Of a DNA stretch of 64,000 nucleotides, positions 12,725 through 24,400 are shown piece by piece. The translations under genes and the position numbers were made by a program. Below the pieces are notes generated by a model, which ran no database searches, was not told the origin of the DNA, and saw only the letters and a program-made list of their open reading frames with translations. Source of the stretch: Podarcis gaigeae (lineage: Eukaryota); NCBI GenBank assembly GCA_964106915.2, contig OZ066918.1. The stretch is one strand, 5' to 3'. Within the stretch, counting starts at the first letter, position 1. Each line of letters starts with the position of its first letter.

Positions 12725-12872
12725 GTCAGTGTAGTGTAAACACTACAGTGTTGGACTATAACCTGGGAGATCAGGGTTCAAATCCCCATTCAGCCATGAA
12801 ACTCACTGGGTGAACTTGGGCCAGTCAGTGCTTCTCAGTCTAACCCACCTCATAGGATTGCTGTGAGGACAA
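12725..12872 (+). mobile_element. Older tRNA-derived SINE (MIR/Squam3-like)
   Basis: B-box gggttcaaatcccc and core ctgggtgaacttgggccagtca...cctcataggattgctgtgagga. Similar decayed copies near 7480-7600, 17510-17690, 28170-28320 and 28540-28720. Confidence 0.65.
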
Positions 12873-13217
12873 AATTTCCCCTTCTCCCTTGCAGCTCTTC
12901 AGACACCCTCAAAATCTGCTTGATAGGGTTGGAGGGAGGAGATTTTTGGGTGGTGAGGAGGAATGGGAAGTTCTGCTGCTCCACTTGCGCAGTGTTGGAT
13001 ACAACCCTGAGCATTTGACTGCCAATGTATGCTGAACTAACAACCAATAACCTCAGACTGAAGCGGTAAGAGAGAAAGCTTAAGCACAAGTGACCTGTGC
13101 TTCCTTTTTCCATGCTTCCAGATTATGGTACAAAATGGGAGATGTCCTTCCCTAGCTCTCATAATCAACAGTGCATTTAGCTTCCCTGCTAGTTGCCTGG
13201 AAATTGTCCTTTACTAA

Positions 13218-13583
13218 GGACCTCTGGACAATTAAGTCCAGTCGAAGGTGACTATGGGGTTGTGGCACTCATCTCACTTTCAGGCAGAGGGAGTCAGCGT
13301 TTGTCCACAGACAACTTTCCGGGTCACGTGGCCAACATGATGAAACCGCTTCTGGTGCAATGGAACACCGTGACGGAACCCAGAGCACGTGAAAACACAG
13401 TTTACCTTTCCGCCACAGCGGTAGCTATTTATATACTTGCACTGGTGTGCTTTTGAATTGCTAGGTTGGCAGGAGCTGGGACAGAGCAATGGGAGCTCAC
13501 TCCGTTGTGGGGATTCGAACTGCCAATCTTCTGATCGGCAAGAGGCTCAGTGGTTTAGACCACAGCGCCACCCGCATCCCTGG
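13218..13583 (+). mobile_element. Sauria SINE
   Basis: Colinear with the 9098-9469 copy. 14-bp TSD ttgtcctttactaa at 13204-13217 and 13584-13597. Confidence 0.92.
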
Positions 13584-13916
13584 TTGTCCTTTACTAACCT
13601 CACTTAAAGGTATGCAAATCCATTTGGGGGAATCAGTCAGGTGTCTGCTCTCTTCATTAGGATGCCCACACTCCCAAGTGACTTCTGGCTTTATGCATAT
13701 GAATTATGTTTTATCATAACTGCTCTGGAGTTGTTGGGGTTGGTTTTTTTTACAATGAAGAGGATAGAAATATTTTAAAAATGAAAGCTTCATCATTTTC
13801 TAATGCACTTCTGGGCTGATCCATAGTTCTGTGATAGACTCTGAGCAACCTAAGAGTTTCAAAGAAAGAGGTACAGTGGAATATACTTTTTGAATAGATG
13901 TACGAGTTCTGCTTAC

Positions 13917-14075
13917 CAGAACACTCAGAACTGTAGTTCCCACGGTAGCATTCTCGAACAGACTGATGTTGTAGAGGACTTGGCTGAAAATTGGGCGGTT
14001 GTCGTTCTCGTTGATGAGGTTAATCTTCACCCGTGCAAAGCCAACATGGTCTGGCATGCTCTCATTTGCAAACAG
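13917..14075 (-). CDS. CDH23: Cadherin-23 coding exon, 159 nt (EC4/EC5; approx. human exon 14)
   Basis: ccactcag|CTG...CTG|gtaagc. Encodes LFANESMPDHVGFARVKINLINENDNRPIFSQVLYNISLFENATVGTTVLSVL with NENDNRP motif. Confidence 0.97.
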
Positions 14076-14126
14076 CTGAGTGGAAACAAGGAGTAAATGA
14101 TGAGTATGAAATTTAATTTGTGTCTT

Positions 14127-14161
14127 AGAGAGAGAGAGAGAGAGACAGAGAGAGAGAGAGA
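14127..14161. repeat. (AG)n microsatellite
   Basis: AG repeat with one interruption, about 50 nt upstream of the acceptor at 14075. Confidence 0.92.
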
Positions 14162-16333
14162 AGTTCTAAATGTCCCTTGATTTCCTTGAGTGGACTGTTA
14201 TGACAGCCACAAGCATTTGGCTGGCAGGCTACGCATCAGGATTGAACCAGAATTCCACTGAATATGCCTGATGCATGAGCATCTTTTCATTCAAAAGCTC
14301 ACAGCTTTACACTGCCACATTTCCAGGTTATAGCCCCTGGATTTTAACATCCAGAGCCTTGAAGCTTTATTTTCCTATTCAAGGAAGTCAAATCTCAACC
14401 TTGCAATCAAAAGCATAATCCATGTCTAACCGAAGTGATGTCATTTGTAAATCCCACCAGAAAGGAAATTCTGACAATCTTCTTTACATTTTGGATGCAT
14501 TTGCTTTCTTATAAGGACATTAGGTACATTTTGAAGTCCATAAAATCTGGCTAGCATTCCAGGCATCCCACCTTTCATTTTGTTTGAAAAAATGTTTGCA
14601 ATCTTCAAGCTACAGAAAAGACTGATAAGCCTGAAAACTTAATATTGAATTGGTGAGGACAGCAACTTTGGAACTAGAGTATGTTCAAGATATGAACTGA
14701 CCCGGTTTGGGAATCGAAATTATGAATATGGCCAGATTCCCGCTTAATTTGGGTTTGGTTCATAATAGGATGTGCTGCTGCTGCTGCCAATTAGCTCAGC
14801 TTGCTAGTTTTTACCACTCCTTCCAAGCAAATGTACCTCTCAGAGGGGTTGGGGAACTGGTGGCAGGGAGGGTTTGCCTGTGGGAGGCTGGAGAGGATTC
14901 TACTTAACTTGAAATGATGCTCTTGAGAGTCATTCGTGCTGGAACTCACTGGATTTGTAGCACTGTGTGCATCTTGTTTCAAATGAGTTGAAGACACATT
15001 CATTATACGTAAACTAGAAGCCTTGCACTTTATATATTTCCAATGCTGCCCTTTATTCTGAAAAGTCATCCACTTCAGCTTTATATGCCTATCAGGATTT
15101 AGTTGTGGGTTCCAGTGTCATGTTTGTGATACAAGCATCAATGCCCTCAGGAACTACGGCATAGGGACTTGCCACTATCTTACCCTCTTAACTTTTAAAA
15201 CCCGAGCAGGATTTAACCCAATGATTTACATTTCTATTTTATGCCCTGTAGTGCTCTAGGAAGGCAGGATTTTATTTATGCTTCCTTGCTGGTGTATAAA
15301 GGCCCACTGTCAAGACTAATAGCAACAGAGGCTGCTGGCATGATGTTTACAGAGCTGCTTTGACTTTCGAAAAATTTACAGCTCACCCAGACATTGGGAC
15401 AAAGCTGAAGCAGGCATCTGGAAAGAGCTTCAGTGCTTGATAGGTGCATTTAAACCAAAGTTTTATAGAACATAAAACTTTTATAGCTTCAAAACATAAA
15501 AGGGAGGGGGTGTTCTATTTAAGCTTCTGCAGCTGGGGCCCTAAATTTTGGAAGATAACGCTCACAGCAGATCTCTTTTCATTTTCTTCTTCTTTTTTGG
15601 CCAAATTTTAATATTGTGAAAACAGTACGAACCGGGTAAATTAGCAAGAGCTGTGAAAGCCCCTCCACATGTGACATTTGCTTCCGTCCCTGATTTTTTA
15701 ACAAACTTATTACACTAATATTTTGTCCCTGCACCTAGTGACGCCAACCTCCTTTCCTATTACCCAATAACATGACAATCACACATGATAAATGATACAG
15801 TGAGGGATGCACACCACATTTTAATGTCATTCTCCCAAAGGTGACAGGCTAATGCACGCTTGTCAAATATATAGGTACACTGAGTTTTTGGGGGGCCTAC
15901 AGTTCCTCCTCCTAACATTCCCTTAGTCGGCAGCTGCTTTTTATACCCATGTCTGATGAAGCACAGTCAGCTAAGATCATTTCCATTAAAGCAGGCCAAT
16001 TATTCATCTGCTTTCAGAAGATCCAGAAGAACGCATCCAACAGTGGATTCTTTCCTCTATACCTTTGGCCCTGCTGAGTTCATTCTGTTTGCTTTCCATC
16101 AGGACATCAGAGTCTCCAAGGTTCAAGCCCATTCCTCTTAGTATGATCCCCCACAACAGTAGTACTTTTACACATCACTCCTGTGAGGAACTGGTACTGG
16201 GTAAGTCAGATGTGCATGACCAAACTGGCACACCCAACATTAGATCTGCGAATGTCTTCTTCATTACAAGAGTTTTGAGAAGGAAAATGTTAACAGCTAG
16301 AAGAGAAAACTTTTGCAAGCCTACTGTGGTGTA

Positions 16334-16583
16334 GCCAGTGTGGTGTAGTGGTTAAGAGCGGTAGTCATGTAATCTGGGTAAACGGGTTCGAGTCTCCGCT
16401 CCTCCACATGCAGCTGCTGGGTGACCTTGGGCCAGTCACACTTCTTTGAAGTCTCTCAGCCCCACTCACCTCACAGAGTGTTTGTTGTGGGGGAGGAAGG
16501 GAAAAGGAGATTGTTAGCCGCTTTGAGACTCCTGAAGGGGAGTGAAAGGCGAGATATCAAATCCAAACTCTTCTTCTTCTTCT
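16334..16583 (+). mobile_element. Squam3/POMSINE-like tRNA-derived SINE
   Basis: A-box in gccagtgtggtgtagtggttaagagc, B-box gggttcgagtctc and a (CTT)n tail. A closely similar copy lies in reverse at 44511-44750. Confidence 0.85.
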
Positions 16584-17955
16584 GTACTGATCCCACAGGA
16601 CCAATTCAGGAATGAACTTTGTCCACTCACTTACAAGTTGATGCAGCATCCACTTTGGTCCTTTACAAGTTTCAAGGCACCAAAGAGTTCAGAGGCTTAA
16701 CAGGTTGCCCTGTGTTCCAAAGCACGGGATCTCTCAGGTAGAAGGATGGCTTTAAAAGGTAGTAAGTAACAACAATAATAACTTCCCCATTTGCCCCCTA
16801 GGCAGCTAGTTTGCAGTGAAAGGGCTTTCAGAAGGAAATCATTACAAAAGATAGTAAACACAACAACATTAGTAAACATAACAAACAACAAACCATGACT
16901 TGTTAGTTTCATCCATGTTAACTTTTACATGTCAATAGTAACTGGAGGAAGCTTGCTGTGGAAAAGCAAGCAATATCATTCATCACAGAACATGGAGGCT
17001 GATTTTTATTTTTAATGGGAATGTTCATTCAAGTCATTCCTGTAATGAACATAAAAGTGCAGAAGGTGTTATAGCTAAGTTTGATGGCGATTGTCATGGG
17101 GTATGTTCAACAAAAGGACCAAGGTAGGCACAAGCTCCATGCAGCTGTGCTCCATTAAGCATCTGCCTATTCTGGCACAGCTGTCACATGACTTAATTCC
17201 TCCACTGCTAGGCCTATGGCACAGGGACCATAAACTTTATGAAGACACACAAACTGCATTTTAACTACTTCATATAAAGTGGTACACCTGGAGAGGAATG
17301 ACACAGGGAGGCACATCTTAAAACAGATGCTGGGAGAAGAGGGACAAAAGAAAAGAACTTAGAAATGGGCTGGAAGCTTATTTGCTTATGAAAGAGAAGA
17401 GGGTGATGTTTATCTGAACTAGTCCAGTAGGAAGGAAGCACATACACAACAATGTTTGTGGAAATGAAGTTTCACAGACATCCTTTACTTAAAAACAGAT
17501 GTCGTTAGCTGGTGTAGCATTATGATGATGAGTGCCAGCTAACCAGCTGCCATTTATGTCCTCTAGCACAGATCCCTCACCTGCAATATTGGACAATAAT
17601 ACTGGTCTGCTTCAATGGGCTGTTGTAAGAATTTTTGAGAGAACAAATGTGAAAGTCTGAACTCTTGAAACATGTTATACGGATAGTAATGTTGATTAGA
17701 TGAATTCGTCTTGCAATCAAATGTTTTATCATGTTAGTCACTGGGAGCTCATTCTATCATCAAGGAGTACTTCAAATTTGGAACTATTTTACTGCAAACT
17801 CTACTTGATTAATTTTGCCATACTCAAAAATCTGTCTCCACTCCCATATATTATCTTTCTCCACAATGAAGATGGATGGTCTCCAACCAACTTCAATCTC
17901 TCTTATGTCTCACCCTCCCTTAAGTTGCTCATATATCTTTTAAAAGAATCCTTAC

Positions 17956-18105
17956 AGAAAATTCATAGCGAGGGATTGTCTCAAAGTCCAGCGGCACTGC
18001 AACTCTAATCCGGATATCTGCCTTTCCTTGAATTGACGTTGGAGAGATGATAAAGTGGTTGGAGTTGTTTCCCACCAGGTAAACTTCAAAAACACTGTTG
18101 AGCCC
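17956..18105 (-). CDS. CDH23: Cadherin-23 coding exon, 150 nt (EC4; approx. human exon 13)
   Basis: ttcttcag|GGG...TCT|gtaagg. Encodes GLNSVFEVYLVGNNSNHFIISPTSIQGKADIRIRVAVPLDFETIPRYEFS. Confidence 0.97.
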
Positions 18106-18442
18106 CTGAAGAAACAAAAAAGGCAGTAATATTATACCTGAATGAACCTGACTGGTTGGTGTGCAGATAGGGATCACCAACACTAAACACATAGGAAAAG
18201 TCTACCTAACTCAACAGAAGAAAAGTGAACAGAACATAGCCTGAAGGTAAAATAACATAATGAAGTCTGCAACAAAAAAAAAAAGAAATGGAATACATTT
18301 TTTAAAAAATGGCAAAGAAAGAAATCTGTAAATATGGAGAATGGGAAGCCACGGTTAGCTTGTGTCTATGAAACTCAAATAGTAGCAGTTTACTCTAGCA
18401 GCCACTTCGGCAGTCAAGTACTGGAACATCACTTCCATACTG

Positions 18443-18725
18443 GAACATAAAAACAGCCCTTCTGGATTAAACCAAAGGGCCCTCTAGTCCAGTTTCCCGT
18501 TCTCACAGTGGCCAATCATATGCCTATAAGAAGCTTGCAAACAAGACATGAATGCAACAACACTTTCCATACTTAGGCTCCCCAGAGGCATACTGCCTAT
18601 GATGCTGGAGGTAATATCTAGCTATCATGACTAGTGGCATGGATAGCCTTACGCTCTGTGGATTTGCCTAAGTACACCTTTAAAATTGCCCAAGTTGGCA
18701 GCCATCGCCATTTTGTGGTAGCAAA
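18443..18725 (-). mobile_element. CR1-like LINE/SINE 3' fragment
   Basis: gaacataa...ctggat...ccaaagg...tctagtccag...tggatagcctta pattern. A related fragment lies near 37115-37315. Confidence 0.55.
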
Positions 18726-18933
18726 ACTATGTGCTGTCTGAGTGCCTTTCATTTCAACCCCAGCCCAGCCCAAATGCCCATAGATTTCCAGGAAGCCTTG
18801 AGCACCATCTTTATTTCGCATTCTTCTTAAACGAATATTTGGGGATCAAAAACACGTTCAGTAGAACCTTACATCTTCTTGAAATATAAATTCCAAATGA
18901 ATTACTATGAAATCTGTGAGACCACTTATGTAC

Positions 18934-18964
<31 letters not shown>

Positions 18965-18968
18965 TTTT
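18934..18968. repeat. (TTTA)n microsatellite
   Basis: About 8 units. Confidence 0.9.
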
Positions 18969-20802
18969 TGCTAAAGAGCACATAGTTGGTGTAAATCTCC
19001 CCTTAAGCAGCAGTAGTAGCTATCCTTATCATAATGGAGAGGAGAAGAAGCCTCAGCATTAGAACTTGAGCAGAGAAGGGGGCAGCTAAAAAAAAAAAGA
19101 GAGAGAGAAAAGTTTTGTTCCCCCAAAAACTGACACTTCACAATCTCCATGCCCAAACACTGCGCTCCTTCCCAGAGCCTAGCCCAGCAGAGCACATTAC
19201 AATAAAGTTGAAAAAACCGCTGGAGCTGAATTTCCAATTTTCCCCCAAATGGAGTCAGTCTTGTTGGAAGGAGGGACCAATTAAATGCACGAAGGGGCAC
19301 TAATAGCAAAAGCTGGCTGAGCGTGACAGCTGAGAAGCTGGTGACATGGCTAGAGAATCCCCCTTTCCATTTCTGCCTCCCTCCTCCCAACCAAATCCAA
19401 CAATAAATATCCTAGAATGCAGCGGAAAAGAGCTAAAATAATATTGGTATTTATACAGTAGCCAGAGGTGAGGGTGATACCTCACAGACAGGTTTAAGAA
19501 GACCAGGTTCCTATTCCAAAGATCTGGCAACCTGAAGAAGCCAAAAAAGTATCGCATTGAAATCTAAACTGAAAAGTAAACAATGGTAAATAGGGTTTTG
19601 TTCTCCAGGTAGCATGTGCAACAGGAAAATAACCAGAATCTGCCGGCTCATGCTTCTGCTTATTGGAGAATGAAAAGGGTTCCCTTTCTTTTTCAAAATA
19701 CAGGTGGGGAAAATGCCACACTCAGGACCCTCTAAGGGCAGAATTTCAAGATCAAATGTTCCTTTCTTCCATAGTTCTGAGGTAGAAGCTGTCTTCAGTT
19801 CTGGAATGAATAAAAGCAATTCATCCCAAACATGGGATTATATTCTCTAATTTGCTAGAAACACCCTTTTGGAAGTTTGATAACCATAGGCTGCACCAAA
19901 CAAGGCAAATGCAATAGCATATAGTGAACATGTCAACAGATTTCTAGGGTACTTCCCTGCACACAGACTCAATCAAAGGCCAAGGCCTATCAATTGTAGA
20001 AGCTGCAGAACCTTTCAAGGACTGAGTTGCAAGAACACTTGAGGGTCTTATAAGTCAGATGAATGAAATATTTACTTTAGTACCACGGAAGTAGAAATCC
20101 TGGAACCCCCAAAAAGAGGAACACAAATTTAAACCTCCTAGAAACCTGGGCCATAGAAAGAATGAGGGCTCTCCTAACATTCACAGTGTGCCATTCTTTC
20201 CACCCCAAATGACGGGGATTTAGAAAGAAGGCAAGACAATCTCCTCAAACCTATTAAATGAAATGACCCATTTCTGTTTGCACAAATCAGTAGAGAATTT
20301 ATCTAACGTTGACTGTTTATTGAATAGTCATTCCGATGTATCTACAGGAAAGTTCTGTGATGTCACACCAAGCACATTTTCCCAACACTTTCGAAGCTCC
20401 CACTGGTGAAAGTGGAAGTTTCCCTGTTCTGGTTTCATGGAGCCATGGGGCCGATTTAAACCTACATTATAACACATGGCTATTTATGACTCGCTGGATG
20501 AACAACATCTGGCTACTCTAAACAAATGGCTCTTTTCTATCTTTATGCTTAATGATCAACAGTTGGCCACTTACGGTCAGAGTTGCTATACCAGACCTCT
20601 GCTGTATATGCACTTCAAACTAATGCAAGTAAAAAATACAAAATCAGGTTTGTATTTCTTAAAAATCATATGCAAGAAACTTTTACATCTGATAGGATTC
20701 ATGCTCCATCACCCCACTCACAAATTATTTACATAAACCATGAAAAACTAGAATTTTGTACTGGCCTTATTTCTGCCGTAATTCTTCAGCCTGCTTGCTT
20801 TT

Positions 20803-21490
20803 TGATTTATTTACTTATTTTAACAAATTAATATCCCACCCTTCCTCCCAAAGGAGCACAGTGTGGCAAACAACAAGTGATAAAACAACAAAACTTCTTA
20901 AAGACGATTCCAGCATAGGTGCAGACTAGGAAAGATCTCAGCTTAAAAGTCTAGTCTAGATGGAAGAGGAAGGTCTTCAGTAGGCACCAGAAAGACAACA
21001 GAAAAGGCACTTGTATAATATTCAAGGGGATGGAATTCCAAAGGGTAGATACCACAAGGCTGTAGGCCTGACACCTGCGTTATGAGGAATGGACTTCCCA
21101 ACAACAGGCAAAATCTTTCAGATATTCTGGTCCCAAGTTGTACAGAACTTTATACAGCCAAACCAGCACTGTGAATTTAGCCCAGTACCTAATCAGCAGT
21201 TTTCAACCATGGGGTGTTGGTGATGTTCTGCCCCAGGCTCCAACTAAGCTGCATTTTGCACCAACTGCAGCTTCTGGACCAACCTCAAGGGCAGCCCCAC
21301 AAACACCATGTTGCAGTAATCTAACCTGGAGGTTACCAGCATATAGACAACAGTGGTTCCCGTCTAGAAATGGCTAAAGCTGCCTCACCAGCTGAAGTCA
21401 CTTGACCCTCTACTAACAAAGATGGATCCAGGAGCGCTTCCAGACTATGAAGCTGCACTTTTAGGGGGAGTGTGACCCCACTCAAAGCAG
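20803..21490 (-). mobile_element. Decayed L2-like LINE 3' fragment
   Basis: T-rich tail then aatatcccacccttcctcccaaaggagc. Shares blocks with the L2 copy at 62936-63690, e.g. gcagtaatctaacctggaggttacca (encoding a VTSRLDYC-like motif on the minus strand). Confidence 0.7.
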
Positions 21491-24400
21491 GCAAAGCTTA
21501 TGACCCATGCAAATTGGCAAAGCAGTAAACCTGTTAAGATGAGTGTTCCACCCTTGAAAAGATCACCTGGAAAATATCCTTTGGAAGCATGTCACAGCAA
21601 AATCTCCATCTATGTGCAATTGTTACATATGCCATCAAAATAACCACCTAATCTGAAGAAGCTCCTGGCAAAGGAGGACAGTAACCTCATGCAGCTGATG
21701 CTGAAGGAGGCCTCAAGGACTTGGAGGACACAGTCGAGTGTCCCATGTGACCTGCCCCACATCTCCTAAGCTAGTCTGTGGCCCTCAGGTGTGAGGATGA
21801 AATAAGATTCTACTGCCAGTTGACTTCTGCACATGGAATGGGAGGTGGTTGCAATGCTGTTCTTTGCCTCAGGCAGCAAAATGTCTTGGGCAGCCCTGAA
21901 AAACAGTGTTGGCCGGTGCTTGCTCTTAGGAGGTACAACTGCACTGATTCGCCAGATAGGTCAGCTGGGTAAAATAAAGGCAGGCAGGATTGGAGAAAGC
22001 AGACATGTGGGCACTTGCCAAGGAAGTAAGCAGGTACAGGCAGCTTGATAGGACTTTAGTGTTTACTTAAGAGACAAATTGCTCAATCTGGGAAGCCGGA
22101 CTGGAGCCTGAGGTTTTATAAGGCCTGGTGAAGCCTCACTGCCTCATTATGTCCTCTGCCAACTGCTGAGTAGGCAATCTGCAGTACTTCCTTCTAAGCA
22201 GCTGCACTGATGGAGAAGGGGAGAAGCTCCCTCTTCTGGGAAGCTGCCATGGTGGCACAAAGGGCTATACAAAACTAGCACCTTACAGACCCGGCAGGTC
22301 TGTGTGTCTATTGCAGTTATTAGAGTCCAAGTAATATGTAACTTTTGCATAAGGCGCTGTCACAGGCTCAGCTACAGAAATAAGGTGAGAAAGCCACAGA
22401 AATGTCTTCACCACTCTTTAGCTGGGATGGATCTCTCATGTTCCATCACTGCTCTGGGAGCAGGTGCCTTTCATCACGGTAAGCCGCTGTCGATTTTCTT
22501 GGAGCCCAAGAGGATAATTTTTTTGTTGGGGTGGGGGGAAGGAGGCGTGATAATGTTGAACATCAAAAGAAGCCCCCAGCATGTGCGGAAAGGAGCAGGG
22601 TTATTTAATTCCCTTCCAGCTGGGAAAACAGATCAGCCTGTTGATATTTGCCATCCCTAATTACTAACTACTTCAGTGCCTCAGCTTCCCCATGTGAAGT
22701 CTTGAGAAGTGGAATTCATCTGCCCGTTGGGAGAAGTGCTGTATTTTTCTCTGTTGTTTATTTCATCTTTTTTTTATTGTTGATTCTCCCCCATGCTGCT
22801 TTCTTTGCTCCTAGTTTACCGAAGCCTTTGAACCCCCTGCAGATGGCTGAGAGCAAATCTGAATATTCAAATTGTTATCAGCTGCCCACCAGAAGGGACT
22901 GGCTTAGCCTGGATCACAACTATCTCCCCCTGTCACACACTGGCCTACAGGAAAAGGTGGGGAGATTCTGGAAGATTTTCCATATTGTTTTATAACGAAA
23001 GGACTGGCCACCCCACAGAGACAGACAGGACACACACACACATCCTGGTTCTACCTGGGAAATTATTTGAGGCATACGAAATGAAGAGCAAGAGAAAATA
23101 AAAAGGCAGAATCAGTATAAAATGTGCAAAAAACACTTGAAGGGGGATATAGAAAACCTCCCTGTTTTCCTCCACTGTGCTTCCAACATACTCCCAGACT
23201 GGCATTGCTACACTGGGACACTTACCCTCTCTCTCTCTCTTTTCTTTTTGTAAAGCAAATCCAAATAATTGCTATGCACAGTTGCAGGTATAACAGCATC
23301 TACACATCACTTTCCTCACTCAATAGCAAATGCAACACTATAAAGTGTTGGGATATTTAAATCATTGCTGTGCATCACATGCTTAATTAATTTAATTGTG
23401 CAGCAACTTGGGCAATTAAGCTGCCACTTTTTAAATGAATCCGACAGTGATGATGCAGTTTCCGCTTCCGCAGTGAAAATCAGTGATGCAAGGCATCCCT
23501 CCACTTGCAAAAAGAACAGTTTTGTTAACAATAACAAGAACCTTATTATTTGTACCCCACCCATCTAACTGGGCCACTCTGGGCAACTTCCAGAATGTAC
23601 AAAAACAGATACACACATACACACATGTATGTAGATAATGGATATCGATTCCATTTAATTTAGGCTTCATCCATATCTGGCTTATAAACTAAGCATGTGA
23701 GGCTGTGATTTCACATGCCTTTCTTTCCTAATCTTCTCCTTCAACCAGGCTGCAAGCATCTGCCATTCTACAGAACTGCACTTTCCCTCTGTGAAAAGCA
23801 CAAATGCTTCACTGCTCTTTCTTGTGAAGAAAACAAAACCAAGGCCAGCAGCAGCCCAATGCCCAGGAAGAACCATAAAAATAATAAACCAAACTTCACA
23901 GGCCAACACTTCACAGGAATAATATATGAACCTACAATAATATATGAACCCGACATACCTGCCCAGGAAGGAACAGTTCTCTTTAAAAGCCAGGAACTGG
24001 TCTTGGATTGAAAGCTGCCATTTCAAAGCATTTATATTATGGATTTATATTAAGGACTCCAACACAAGTTTCATCTGTGACGGTGAACTTATAAAAAAAG
24101 TGGGTGTTGCTATAGCTTCAACTCTCTTGTAAGTCACACTCTGTACAGTCACAGCCGGCACCAGCTGCTTCAGGTGGCCATCTCACTCTGCCTAATGGTA
24201 GGGCTGGAAGATAACAATTCAGTGCACCACCACATATGTTCATTTATCTGTTTGTGGAAGCACAAAGCTCCTCACTTCTCTCCTTGATGAGCGTGTGTCA
24301 TTCTATTTTGGGGAACAGTATGCTCCTCCATAACTGCTTTACCCCCATTTAATCCTATCTTCTTTGTAACCAGTCCCACCTGCATGGGAATAGATGTGTG

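Noticed and set aside
1-13900. Nested antisense genes known within mammalian CDH23 (VSIR, C10orf105)
   Set aside because: No plus-strand exon with Ig-domain or matching coding signal was seen; as I recall, these genes lie in more 3' introns.
20471-20567. CRISPR-like repeat/spacer reading of the AACANNTGGC array
   Set aside because: Repeats are only 10 bp with irregular spacing, the context is eukaryotic, and there are no cas genes.
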